A DNA stretch of 32,817 nt, taken from assembly GCA_002352365.1 (NCBI GenBank), contig DEIJ01000171.1:1-32817 (forward strand). Direction: 5' to 3'. The notes below the pieces were generated by a model. The model was given only the letters and a program-made list of their open reading frames with translations. It was not told where the DNA came from and searched no databases. Origin of the DNA: Dehalococcoidia bacterium UBA2777. Lineage in GTDB: Bacteria > Chloroflexota > Dehalococcoidia > UBA2247 > UBA2777. How positions within the stretch are numbered: the first letter of the stretch is position 1; each line of letters begins with the position of its first letter. A program made the position numbers and the translations under genes. Shown here in pieces: positions 1-7,571 of the stretch.

Positions 1-115
1 ATTCCCGCTCCCTTTGATAAAACCTGATGGTCTGGGCACAAATCCCTTGACTTCGCGAGCTGAGGAATTTTGTTAACAAGATGGGGTCCTGATTTGTTAA
101 CAGACTTCGGTTATT

Positions 116-151
116 GAGCAGCGGAATGCTGCTGCTCTGTATTTGGATTTT
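116..151 (+). terminator. Terminator-like hairpin followed by a T-rich tract
   Basis: GAGCAGC (116-122) pairs with GCTGCTC (131-137) around an 8-nt loop. The following sequence is TGTATTTGGATTTT. It lies just downstream of tRNA-Lys on the other strand, so its orientation and function are ambiguous. Confidence 0.3.
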
Positions 152-154
152 CAA

Positions 155-227
155 TGAGGCGCAGAGGACTCGAACCTCTAACCGGCTGATTAAGAGTCAG
201 CTGCTCTTCCTATTGAGCTAGCGCCCC
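155..227 (-). tRNA. tRNA-Lys (anticodon CTT)
   Basis: The reverse complement reads GGGGCGC-TA-GCTC..GAGC-A-GCTGA-CTCTTAA-TCAGC-CGGTT-AGAGG-TTCGAGT-CCTCT-GCGCCTC-A. All four stems pair. The T-loop is TTCGAGT and the anticodon loop is CT-CTT-AA. Length is 73 nt and CCA is not encoded. Confidence 0.9.
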
Positions 228-257
228 ATATTGACCTCTCTTCAAACGGCTGGGCAA

Positions 258-286
258 ATAATATCAGCCACGCCCAGCAAAGTCAA
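258..286 (-). promoter_or_regulatory. Sigma70-like promoter for tRNA-Lys
   Basis: The minus strand reads TTGACT (286-281), a 17-nt spacer, then TATTAT (263-258), about 30 nt upstream of the tRNA 5-prime end. Confidence 0.45.
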
Positions 287-343
287 ACCTGTTAATCAGA
301 AAAGGCAACACTAAAAACTTCCCTTTCAGCAGTCTATCAAAGC

Positions 344-2470
344 TTATTTCACTCGTTCTAAAGGTGCTAGGCTGAGCAGTAGTCTTTTAGTCCCCACCCC
401 CCCTTGAAAGTCTACAATGATCTCATGGTCATCCCGAATAGAGGTACAGCTTCGAACTACCCCCTGACCAAACTTGGCATGGCACACCTGGTCGCCAGCT
501 TCCAAAGCCAATAACACAGGAGTGGCCTTTCTCTGTTCACCTACAGGCTTTACCGAGTGTGGCGGGATATCTCGGAGGAAGCGAGAGGGGCCACTGCTAC
601 TCCCGAATAGACTGCGGCGCTGGGCATAAACTAGGTAGAGGTGGCTTTTGGCTCGTGTCATCCCCACATAACACAAGCGGCGCTCTTCCTCCATCTGCGC
701 CGGAGCGGCAAAGGACCTTCTATGAGGGAGAATGCCCTCTTCCATGCCAACAATAAAAACCGTCCCGAACTCCAGCCCTTTGGCTTGATGCAGGGTGATA
801 AGAGTCACCGTGTCTTTATTCTCATCCAAATTATCCACCTCGGACACCAAAGTCACCTGGTCTAAAAAGGAAGCCAGGCTTTGTTTGGGTTCAAGCCCCC
901 GAAAGCCATTAGCTACAGCGCGCAACTCCAAGATGTTATCCCAGCGCTCCTCTCCCCTGTCCGTTTCCCGAATCCACTCTTGGTATCTTGAGGCCTGAAG
1001 CACAAAATCCAGTAGATCAGCCACATTGAGTGATTCGCTTTGGGCAATTAGCTGTTTAAGCAGGGCAAAGAAATTGATTAGAGACTCTAGGCTGCGTCGG
1101 GGAAGACTGGGAGAGGCTCTTCCTGCGGCGATAAGCTCCAGCCCAGCATATAGAGGTATACTTTGAGCATTTGCCCACCGGGCTAGCTCAGTCAAGGTTC
1201 GCTGCCCGATACCTCTCCCGGGTACATTGATTATCCGCGCCAAGCTAACGCTGTCATAGGGGTTATGGATAAGCCTGAGATAGGCGATAACGTCCTTAAT
1301 CTCCCGCCGCTCGTAGAAGCGGAGGGCACCTACAAGTTGATAAGGCATTCCGTAGCGGATAAATGCCTCCTCAATTGCCCGCGACTGAGCATTAGTGCGA
1401 TACATCACGGCACATTCGCCAGGTGAAACTTCACCTTGGCTTGCCAAGCGCTCTATCTCGCTGACCACAAATTGCGCCTCTTCCTCAGCATCCTCGGTTT
1501 CAATAAGAGCCACTGGCGCGCCTATCTCATTGTCACTCCATACTTTCTTCTCCTTGCGTTGCTTATTGCGGGAGATAACCTGTTGAGCCGAGTTCAAAAT
1601 AGTCTGACTAGAGCGATAGCTTTGCTCCAGATAAACTACCTTAGCCTCGGGGTAGTCTTTCTCAAAATTGAGGATATTACGCAAGTCGGCACACCTCCAG
1701 GAATATATCGACTGATCGGGGTCGCCGACTACACAAATGTTGCCATACCTTCCGGCTAGTTGTCTGGCCAGGGCATATTGGGCGATATTGGTATCCTGAA
1801 ATTCATCGATGAGGAGGTAGAGGTAGCGAGATTGGTATCGGGCAAGAATTTGAGGTTGACTACGGAACAGGTGCACTGTTCTCATAATGAGGTCATCAAA
1901 ATCTAAAGCCTTACTCTGGCCGAGGAGTTGCTGATAGTGCTGGTACACTCGCTGCACAATTTCCTCAAAATAGCTACGCGCCTGATCAGCATAATCCTCT
2001 GGGGTCATAAGCTGGCTTTTAGCTCCAGTTATAGCCCGGTGGATCGCTTTAGGATTTGCCTGCTTAGGGTCAAGGCCAATCTCCTGAAGACTGCGCTTTA
2101 TTAAGTTGAGCTGATCATCCTCATCGTAGATAACAAATTTAGGGTCGATGCTTACCCTTTCCCCTTCCTGGTGTAAGATACGACAGCAGATAGCGTGGAA
2201 AGTGCCTAGGGTTAGCTCGTCTGTTGCCTGGCCTAAGAGTTGGCAAAGTCTATGTTTCATTTCATTGGCAGCTTTATTGGTAAAGGTAACTGCCATGATA
2301 CGGCGGGGGTTAGTGCCCAAGATGCCAACTAGATAAGCAACTCGATGAGCAATCACTTTGGTTTTGCCGCTGCCCGGACCAGCGATAATAAGCAAGGGCC
2401 CGGTTACAGTTTCCACCGCCTGGCGTTGAGCTGGGTTAAGCCCCGAAAGGATTTCCATATCTTGGCCCAT
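344..2470 (-). CDS. pcrA: ATP-dependent DNA helicase, UvrD/PcrA family (SF1)
   Basis: The long ORF carries Walker A AGPGSGKT, motif II LIDEFQDTN, TLHQAKGLEF and RRLCYVGMTRAK, and has canonical full length. I placed the start at ATG 2470 because AGGA lies 8 nt upstream. ATG 2503 (the ORF-track start) and ATG 2458 are alternatives. Confidence 0.9.
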   Translation of the reverse strand: MGQDMEILSGLNPAQRQAVETVTGPLLIIAGPGSGKTKVIAHRVAYLVGILGTNPRRIMAVTFTNKAANEMKHRLCQLLGQATDELTLGTFHAICCRILHQEGERVSIDPKFVIYDEDDQLNLIKRSLQEIGLDPKQANPKAIHRAITGAKSQLMTPEDYADQARSYFEEIVQRVYQHYQQLLGQSKALDFDDLIMRTVHLFRSQPQILARYQSRYLYLLIDEFQDTNIAQYALARQLAGRYGNICVVGDPDQSIYSWRCADLRNILNFEKDYPEAKVVYLEQSYRSSQTILNSAQQVISRNKQRKEKKVWSDNEIGAPVALIETEDAEEEAQFVVSEIERLASQGEVSPGECAVMYRTNAQSRAIEEAFIRYGMPYQLVGALRFYERREIKDVIAYLRLIHNPYDSVSLARIINVPGRGIGQRTLTELARWANAQSIPLYAGLELIAAGRASPSLPRRSLESLINFFALLKQLIAQSESLNVADLLDFVLQASRYQEWIRETDRGEERWDNILELRAVANGFRGLEPKQSLASFLDQVTLVSEVDNLDENKDTVTLITLHQAKGLEFGTVFIVGMEEGILPHRRSFAAPAQMEEERRLCYVGMTRAKSHLYLVYAQRRSLFGSSSGPSRFLRDIPPHSVKPVGEQRKATPVLLALEAGDQVCHAKFGQGVVRSCTSIRDDHEIIVDFQGGVGTKRLLLSLAPLERVK

Positions 2471-2701
2471 TTTATTTATCCTGCTGCCACCCCGCGGAGA
2501 CATGGGTCATTTTGCCCGCCAAGCCTAGCTTCTCCGATGAAAAGGGCCCAGGGTGGATGGGGTTCCTTCCTGGAGAGCCTTGCTAATAGTCCCAAGCTCT
2601 CGTTCGATGAGAAATCCAGCTACCGCAGAAAGGTGATGGGCCACACCGAAAGTTGAGGCATGGACTCTGTGGGTAATACCGGATGTCGCCGATGGTTCTT
2701 T

Positions 2702-3492
2702 TCAACTCGTTTCCCCCCGTAGAATGCTATCTAAACTTTGCTTTATTTGTTTTGCCTCCTCTACTGCTTCAGGAGCAGTTTCAAAGACGCCTACTCCGAG
2801 GCGATCAGCTTCTATTATACCAGGGTTGTAGCTTATGAAGCCAAGCACCTCAAAATCGGCTAGGCTTGTTAAGATAAATTGACGGTCGGCATCACTTTGA
2901 ACCTTGGAGCCTACCAGGTAAAGTCTAGCGATCCCGATATCTTGGGCTAATTTTCTGATTGCCACGGCGGTTTGTAAGCTCCGACTCCCCGGCTCCACCA
3001 CCACAATAAGGGCATCTACCCCCTGAGCGGTACCTCGACCCAAATGTTCTAGTCCAGCGTCCATATCCATGATGACCACTTCCGAGCGGCTGAGCAATAA
3101 ATGAGTCAGCAGACTGCGAAGCAAGGCGCTCTCGGGACACATGCACCCTCCGCCTCCCGCTTTCACTGTGCCCATAATCAGAAGTTTGATATTGTCCCTA
3201 GTGATGGCGAAACGATCGGGAATGTCATCAACTCTAGGGTTAAGTCTAAAATAAGGAGCCATACCGCCTGGCTTTGCCCCGGTGCGCTCCTCGATTAAAT
3301 CCTCTAGCTCAGCAATAGGAGTGATCGAGCCTGCCTCACTTGCCGAAATACCCAATGCAGTAGCCAGATTGGCATCAGGATTAGCATCAATGGCAATAAC
3401 CCTGTTACCCGCAGCAGAATAAACTCGAGCCAAAAGACCAGCCAGGGTGGTTTTACCCACCCCCCCTTACCAGCAATAGCAATCTTGGGCAT
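2702..3492 (-). CDS. cooC: CooC-type (MinD/ParA SIMIBI) P-loop ATPase, interrupted by a 1-nt frameshift in the P-loop
   Basis: ATG 3492 with RBS AAGGGGGA gives MPKIAIAGKGG. The frame then slips inside a 7-G run (C7 on plus, 3460-3466) and continues as (V)GKTTLAGLL in ORF 2702-3460. Adding one G restores GKGGVGKTT. The main frame also carries the CooC-like GGGGCMCPE (C-x-C) motif and MDMDAGLEHLGRG. Confidence 0.8.
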
Positions 3493-3509
3493 ATTTATCC
3501 CCCTTAAAG

Positions 3510-3539
3510 ATTGTAGCAAAAGTTCTCTGCTGAATCCAA
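3510..3539 (-). promoter_or_regulatory. Sigma70-like promoter for the cooC-like gene
   Basis: The minus strand reads TTGGAT (3539-3534), an 18-nt spacer, then TACAAT (3515-3510), followed by RBS AAGGGGGA and ATG 3492. Confidence 0.45.
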
Positions 3540-3550
3540 TGGGATAATAT

Positions 3551-3580
3551 TTGCATTTTTACCTAGTTTTTAGTTATAAT
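3551..3580 (+). promoter_or_regulatory. Sigma70-like promoter for the acyl-CoA cluster
   Basis: TTGCAT (3551-3556), an 18-nt spacer, then TATAAT (3575-3580), about 70 nt upstream of ATG 3652. Confidence 0.5.
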
Positions 3581-3651
3581 TCGAAAATGAAGAATCATGA
3601 AGCTCCCCTAGGGGTGATTTGGCAAATAAAATTTTACAGGAGGTGAAGCAG

Positions 3652-4866
3652 ATGGTTAGACCACTAGATGGGGTTCGTGTTCTGGATTGGACAATATTTC
3701 AACAGGGGCCAGTTTGTGGCGCAATGTTGGCTGATTTGGGGGCTGATGTCATCAAGATAGAACACCGCATTGAAGGTGACCCAGCACGAGGGCTGATGGC
3801 GATGATAGGTACCATGATTGGTGATGTGGGAGGGCGAAATCCCTATTACGAGAACAATAATCGTGGCAAGAGATGCATCACCATAGACCTAAGGAAGGAT
3901 AAGGGGAAGGAACTCGTTTATAAGCTGGTAGAAAAGAGTGATGTCTTTCTGCACAATCATCGTATGGGTGCCGCCGAGAGGATGGGCATGGACTATGAAA
4001 CCCTCAAGAAGTACAATCCCAAGCTCATTTACTGCCATGCCTCAGGGTGGGGGCCAAAGGGCGAGGATGCCTTTAATCCTTCGGCTGATTATACCGGGGT
4101 GGCGAGGTCAGGGATTATGAGTGTAGCTGGGGAGCCGGATATGCCGCCACAGATGGTGCAGGCCGGCATTGCTGATCAAATGGGAGCGACCACCTCCGCT
4201 TACGGGATATTAGCCGCCCTGATTGCTCGAGATAGATATGGGATAGGCCAAAAGGTGGATGCTTCTTTATTGGGTGGCATGACCTGGCTTTTGGGACTCG
4301 CTGTGTCCATGCGCCTTATTTCAAAGATACCTACAATGCGGTCAGCTAGAAAGAAAGCGGGGAATCCCCTGTGGAACCATTATAGATGTAAGGATGATAA
4401 ATGGATCGCCTTAGCCCATCTCCAGCCGGATAAATTCTGGCCCAATTTCTGCACTGCAATGGAGATTCAGCACCTGGAAAAGGATACCAAGTATGAGAAT
4501 ATGATGGCCAGAGCCCAACATTGCAGCGAACTTATTGATATCCTCGATGGGATTTTTGCTACTAAAACGAGAGATGAATGGTCGAAGATATTCAGGGAAA
4601 ATGGGGTGATTTTTGCCTCAGTTAACACCCTCGAGGACTTAGAATTTGACTGCCAGATGATAGCCAATGAATATATCACCGAGTGTGAGCATCCGGCTTG
4701 GGGCAAGGTCAAGGAGATAGGCTTCCCGGTTACCTTCAGCGAGACGCCGATGAAGATAACCAGAGAGGCACCTCAGTTTGGCCAGCATAAGGAGGAGATT
4801 CTTATGGAAGTCCTTGGCTATGGTTGGGATGAGGTCAACAAGCTCAAAGATGAGGAGATCATCTAA
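3652..4866 (+). CDS. Family III CoA-transferase (CaiB/BaiF/Frc/FldA-HadA type), copy 1
   Basis: The N-terminus LDGVRVLDWTIFQQGPVCGAMLADLGADVIKIE is typical of the family. GIADQMG contains the candidate catalytic Asp, and the C-terminus has FGQHKEEIL. I placed the start at ATG 3652 because AGGAGG lies 8 nt upstream. The ORF track extends to a TTG at 3619. Confidence 0.9.
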   Translation: MVRPLDGVRVLDWTIFQQGPVCGAMLADLGADVIKIEHRIEGDPARGLMAMIGTMIGDVGGRNPYYENNNRGKRCITIDLRKDKGKELVYKLVEKSDVFLHNHRMGAAERMGMDYETLKKYNPKLIYCHASGWGPKGEDAFNPSADYTGVARSGIMSVAGEPDMPPQMVQAGIADQMGATTSAYGILAALIARDRYGIGQKVDASLLGGMTWLLGLAVSMRLISKIPTMRSARKKAGNPLWNHYRCKDDKWIALAHLQPDKFWPNFCTAMEIQHLEKDTKYENMMARAQHCSELIDILDGIFATKTRDEWSKIFRENGVIFASVNTLEDLEFDCQMIANEYITECEHPAWGKVKEIGFPVTFSETPMKITREAPQFGQHKEEILMEVLGYGWDEVNKLKDEEII

Positions 4867-4980
4867 AGAAGAGGCGAAGGCTTTGCCAGGAAAAAGGCTC
4901 AGCCCCCTTTGAACTTTTCTTAAGGTGCTGGGGTGAGAGGGTAATCATCTTTTTAATGAGACCTATGGTAGAGGATTATT

Positions 4981-6069
4981 ATGGGTGAGAAGGTGCTGAT
5001 CGACGGTAACGAGGCGATAGGTCGTGGTGCTATCCAGGCTGGCTGCAAGTACTTCTTCGGTTATCCCATTACCCCCCAGAATGAGATCCCAGAGTTTATG
5101 TCCCGAGAATTACCCCAGATTGGAGGCGTTTTCGTTCAAACAGAAAGTGAAACCGCCTCGGTGTATATGGTATATGGTGGTGCCCTAGCAGGGGCAAGGG
5201 TGATGACCTCCACCTCAAGCTGCGGCTTTAGCCTGATGCAAGAAGGGATTTCCTACATCGCTGAGGCTGAGATGCCTGCTGTAATAGTCAACGTTATGCG
5301 AATGGGTCCCGGGATAGGGACCGGGGGACAACATGGCCAGACGGACTATCGCCAGGTTACCAAAGGGGGAGGGCATGGTGCCTACCGGTGCATCGTGCTT
5401 GCCTCTTATTCCCCCCAGGAGTGCTTTGATCATATGCAGCTTGCCTTTCACCTGGCTGATAAGTATCGGATACTGGTTTTGGTGCTCTCCGACTTCATAA
5501 TTGGGCGCATGGCAGAGCCGGTGGAGCTAAGAACCCTCTCCTTCGATGAACCCCTGCCCCAGAAAGACTGGGCTCTAACTGGCAAAGCCAAAAAAGGAGG
5601 AATGAGGAGATTCTATATCTCTGGGCTTATTATGTCACCTCCCGCCTATCACCAGCATATGATCGAGAAATACCAGACGATAGTTGATTCTGAGATCAGG
5701 TACGAAACCTACAGGGATGAAGATGCCGAACTGCTACTAGTAAGTTATGGTTCCTCAGCCAAGATGGCTAAAGGAGCAGTTGATCGGGCTCGAGCTGAAG
5801 GAGCCAAGGTGGGATTGTTTCGTCCCATAACCTTGTGGCCTTTCCCTGAGGAAGCAGTAAGAGGGGCAGCTTATCGGGTAGGAAAGGTTCTGGTAGTAGA
5901 GGATAGCCCGGGAGAGTTAGTTGAAGATGTGAAGTTTGCGGTGCAGGGGCGAGTTCCAGTCCATCTTTTGGGCATCTGGGGTCGTTATACCCCACGAGGT
6001 TTGATGGCTGCAGGGTCAGGCATCATCTATCCCGAGAAAATCCTCCAGGAGATGAGGAGTTTACTGTGA
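4981..6069 (+). CDS. 2-oxoacid:ferredoxin oxidoreductase, alpha subunit (Kor/Vor/Por A-like)
   Basis: The N-terminus GNEAIGRGAIQAGCKYFFGYPITPQNEI is typical of OFOR alpha subunits, and the length is 362 aa. Substrate specificity cannot be read from the sequence. Confidence 0.88.
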   Translation: MGEKVLIDGNEAIGRGAIQAGCKYFFGYPITPQNEIPEFMSRELPQIGGVFVQTESETASVYMVYGGALAGARVMTSTSSCGFSLMQEGISYIAEAEMPAVIVNVMRMGPGIGTGGQHGQTDYRQVTKGGGHGAYRCIVLASYSPQECFDHMQLAFHLADKYRILVLVLSDFIIGRMAEPVELRTLSFDEPLPQKDWALTGKAKKGGMRRFYISGLIMSPPAYHQHMIEKYQTIVDSEIRYETYRDEDAELLLVSYGSSAKMAKGAVDRARAEGAKVGLFRPITLWPFPEEAVRGAAYRVGKVLVVEDSPGELVEDVKFAVQGRVPVHLLGIWGRYTPRGLMAAGSGIIYPEKILQEMRSLL

Positions 6070-6854
6070 AAGGAGAAGCTGCCAAAGAGAAAATCTATGG
6101 AACGCCAAAGTTGAGAGTTCCTATACCTTTTAGCATGTTTTGCCCCGGCTGCCATTATGGCATTATTGTTCGCCTCCTCTGCGAGGTAATTGAGGAATTG
6201 GGGATCGAGGGCAGGGCTATAGGGCTTGCGGGCGTCGGTTGCAGCTTCGGCCCTTTCCCAATGCTTATTGATGTCGACTTCACCGCTTGCCCCCATGGGC
6301 GCGCCCCTGCTATGGCAACGGCTATCAAGCGTATTCACCCCGAGGCCATTGTATTCACCGTGCAAGGGGATGGGGATTTGGGGGCTATCGGCTTGGGTTG
6401 CTTCATGAACACCCTCCTTCGCGGTGAGAAGCTGACCACCATCTTCTTAAACAATGCCTGCTACGGAACAACTGGAGGGCAGATGGCACCTACTACTCCA
6501 TGGGGAATGCGAACCACTACTACTCCCAAGGGGCGAGATCCCAGTACGACCGGCTTTCCCCTGCATGCTGCCGAGCTCACAGCCACAATGAAAGGTGTGG
6601 CCTACTCTGCTCGTTGCAGCGTCCATACTGCGGCCAACTTCCAACGAGCCAAAAAAGCGGTAAAGATGGCCTTCCAGAAGCAAATGGATGGGATTGGATA
6701 CGGCTTTGTAGAGTTCCTCTCTGCTTGTCCCCCTAATTGGGGAATGACTCCTGTCGATTGTTTGAAATTTCTTTCTGAGAGGATGATTGCTGAATATCCT
6801 TTGGGTGAGTTCAAGAATGCAAATGCTATCGAACTACCAGGTGAGTGGATGTAA
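6066..6854 (+). CDS. 2-oxoacid:ferredoxin oxidoreductase, beta (TPP-binding) subunit
   Basis: The GTG start overlaps the alpha-subunit stop (GTGA). It contains the TPP motif GDGDLGAIG...NNACYG and cluster cysteines in FCPGCHYG. Confidence 0.88.
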   Translation: MKGEAAKEKIYGTPKLRVPIPFSMFCPGCHYGIIVRLLCEVIEELGIEGRAIGLAGVGCSFGPFPMLIDVDFTACPHGRAPAMATAIKRIHPEAIVFTVQGDGDLGAIGLGCFMNTLLRGEKLTTIFLNNACYGTTGGQMAPTTPWGMRTTTTPKGRDPSTTGFPLHAAELTATMKGVAYSARCSVHTAANFQRAKKAVKMAFQKQMDGIGYGFVEFLSACPPNWGMTPVDCLKFLSERMIAEYPLGEFKNANAIELPGEWM

Positions 6855-6873
6855 TGCTAGGGAAGAAAAAGGC

Positions 6874-7434
6874 ATGGATTATTTTGCGCTGACAATAGCT
6901 GGGCTTGGAGGCCAAGGCGCTTTAGTAATTGGCAGGCTACTAGCTGAAGCAGGGATGTCGAAATACAACCATGTAAGCTACTTCCCCAATTATTCAGCAG
7001 CGATGAGAGGAGGGGAGAGCGAGTGCACGATTATTCTTTCCAATGAAGAGATCAGCTCCCCAGCATGGCTTGAGCCTTCATCGTTGATCCTTATGGGCCC
7101 GGCACCGCTAGAGGAGTTTGAACAAAGGGCCAAGCCAGGTGGTTTGGTGATGATAGACAGCTCACTGGTAACTAAGCAGGTGAGCAGGAAAGATGTAGAG
7201 GTATTCTATATCCCTGCCTCCAAAACTGCTACCGAACTTGGTGACAGTCGAGTGGCTAACTTTGTCTTTCTTGGGGCATACCTTAAGGCTACAGAAGCAG
7301 TTTCGCTGGAGCTTATTGAGGAGGCATTAGAGAAGAGATTAGCTGGTGGAAAGTGGGATGCCTTGCTCTCCCTGGATAAACGAGCTTTAAGAGAAGGAGC
7401 AAGGCTGGTAGAGAGAAGGCAAGGGGTGAACTAA
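6874..7434 (+). CDS. 2-oxoacid:ferredoxin oxidoreductase, gamma subunit
   Basis: MDYFALTIAGLGGQGALVIG is the typical gamma-domain start. ATG 6874 lies 19 nt after the beta-subunit stop. The ORF-track extension back to 6787 overlaps the beta subunit and is unlikely to be real. Confidence 0.85.
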   Translation: MDYFALTIAGLGGQGALVIGRLLAEAGMSKYNHVSYFPNYSAAMRGGESECTIILSNEEISSPAWLEPSSLILMGPAPLEEFEQRAKPGGLVMIDSSLVTKQVSRKDVEVFYIPASKTATELGDSRVANFVFLGAYLKATEAVSLELIEEALEKRLAGGKWDALLSLDKRALREGARLVERRQGVN

Positions 7435-7571
7435 CTCAAACGGGAATTCTGCTACAGATATGGCCTTTACAAGGCCCGGGGTGATTTTGTTGAATTGAGG
7501 TAAGGGTGGTAAACTGATTGGTAGGGAAAGGAAAAAGGGGATGGTAACACCACCACGAAAGGAGGAATAAG

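Noticed and set aside
2702-2704. The in-frame TGA at the end of the cooC-like gene read as a selenocysteine or read-through codon
   Set aside because: No SECIS-like hairpin follows the TGA; only 3-bp stems can be drawn. The CooC-like protein is already full length at this stop. TGA is used as an ordinary stop by several other genes in the window.
344-3492. A UvrD-family helicase next to a P-loop ATPase, considered as a Gabija-like or other defence pair
   Set aside because: The helicase is a full-length canonical PcrA/UvrD with all SF1 motifs. The ATPase is a MinD/CooC-type protein with a C-x-C metal motif, not an OLD/ABC-type nuclease-ATPase. No nuclease or other defence hallmarks are nearby.
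6787-6873. N-terminal extensions given by the ORF track for several genes: 6787 for OFOR gamma, 9938 for the second dehydratase subunit, 21375 for argC, 29514 for nadC, 15044 for the GNAT and 17249 for pmbA
   Set aside because: Each extension overlaps the preceding gene by 30-100 nt and adds non-conserved sequence. Internal starts with good RBSs give the canonical conserved N-termini.
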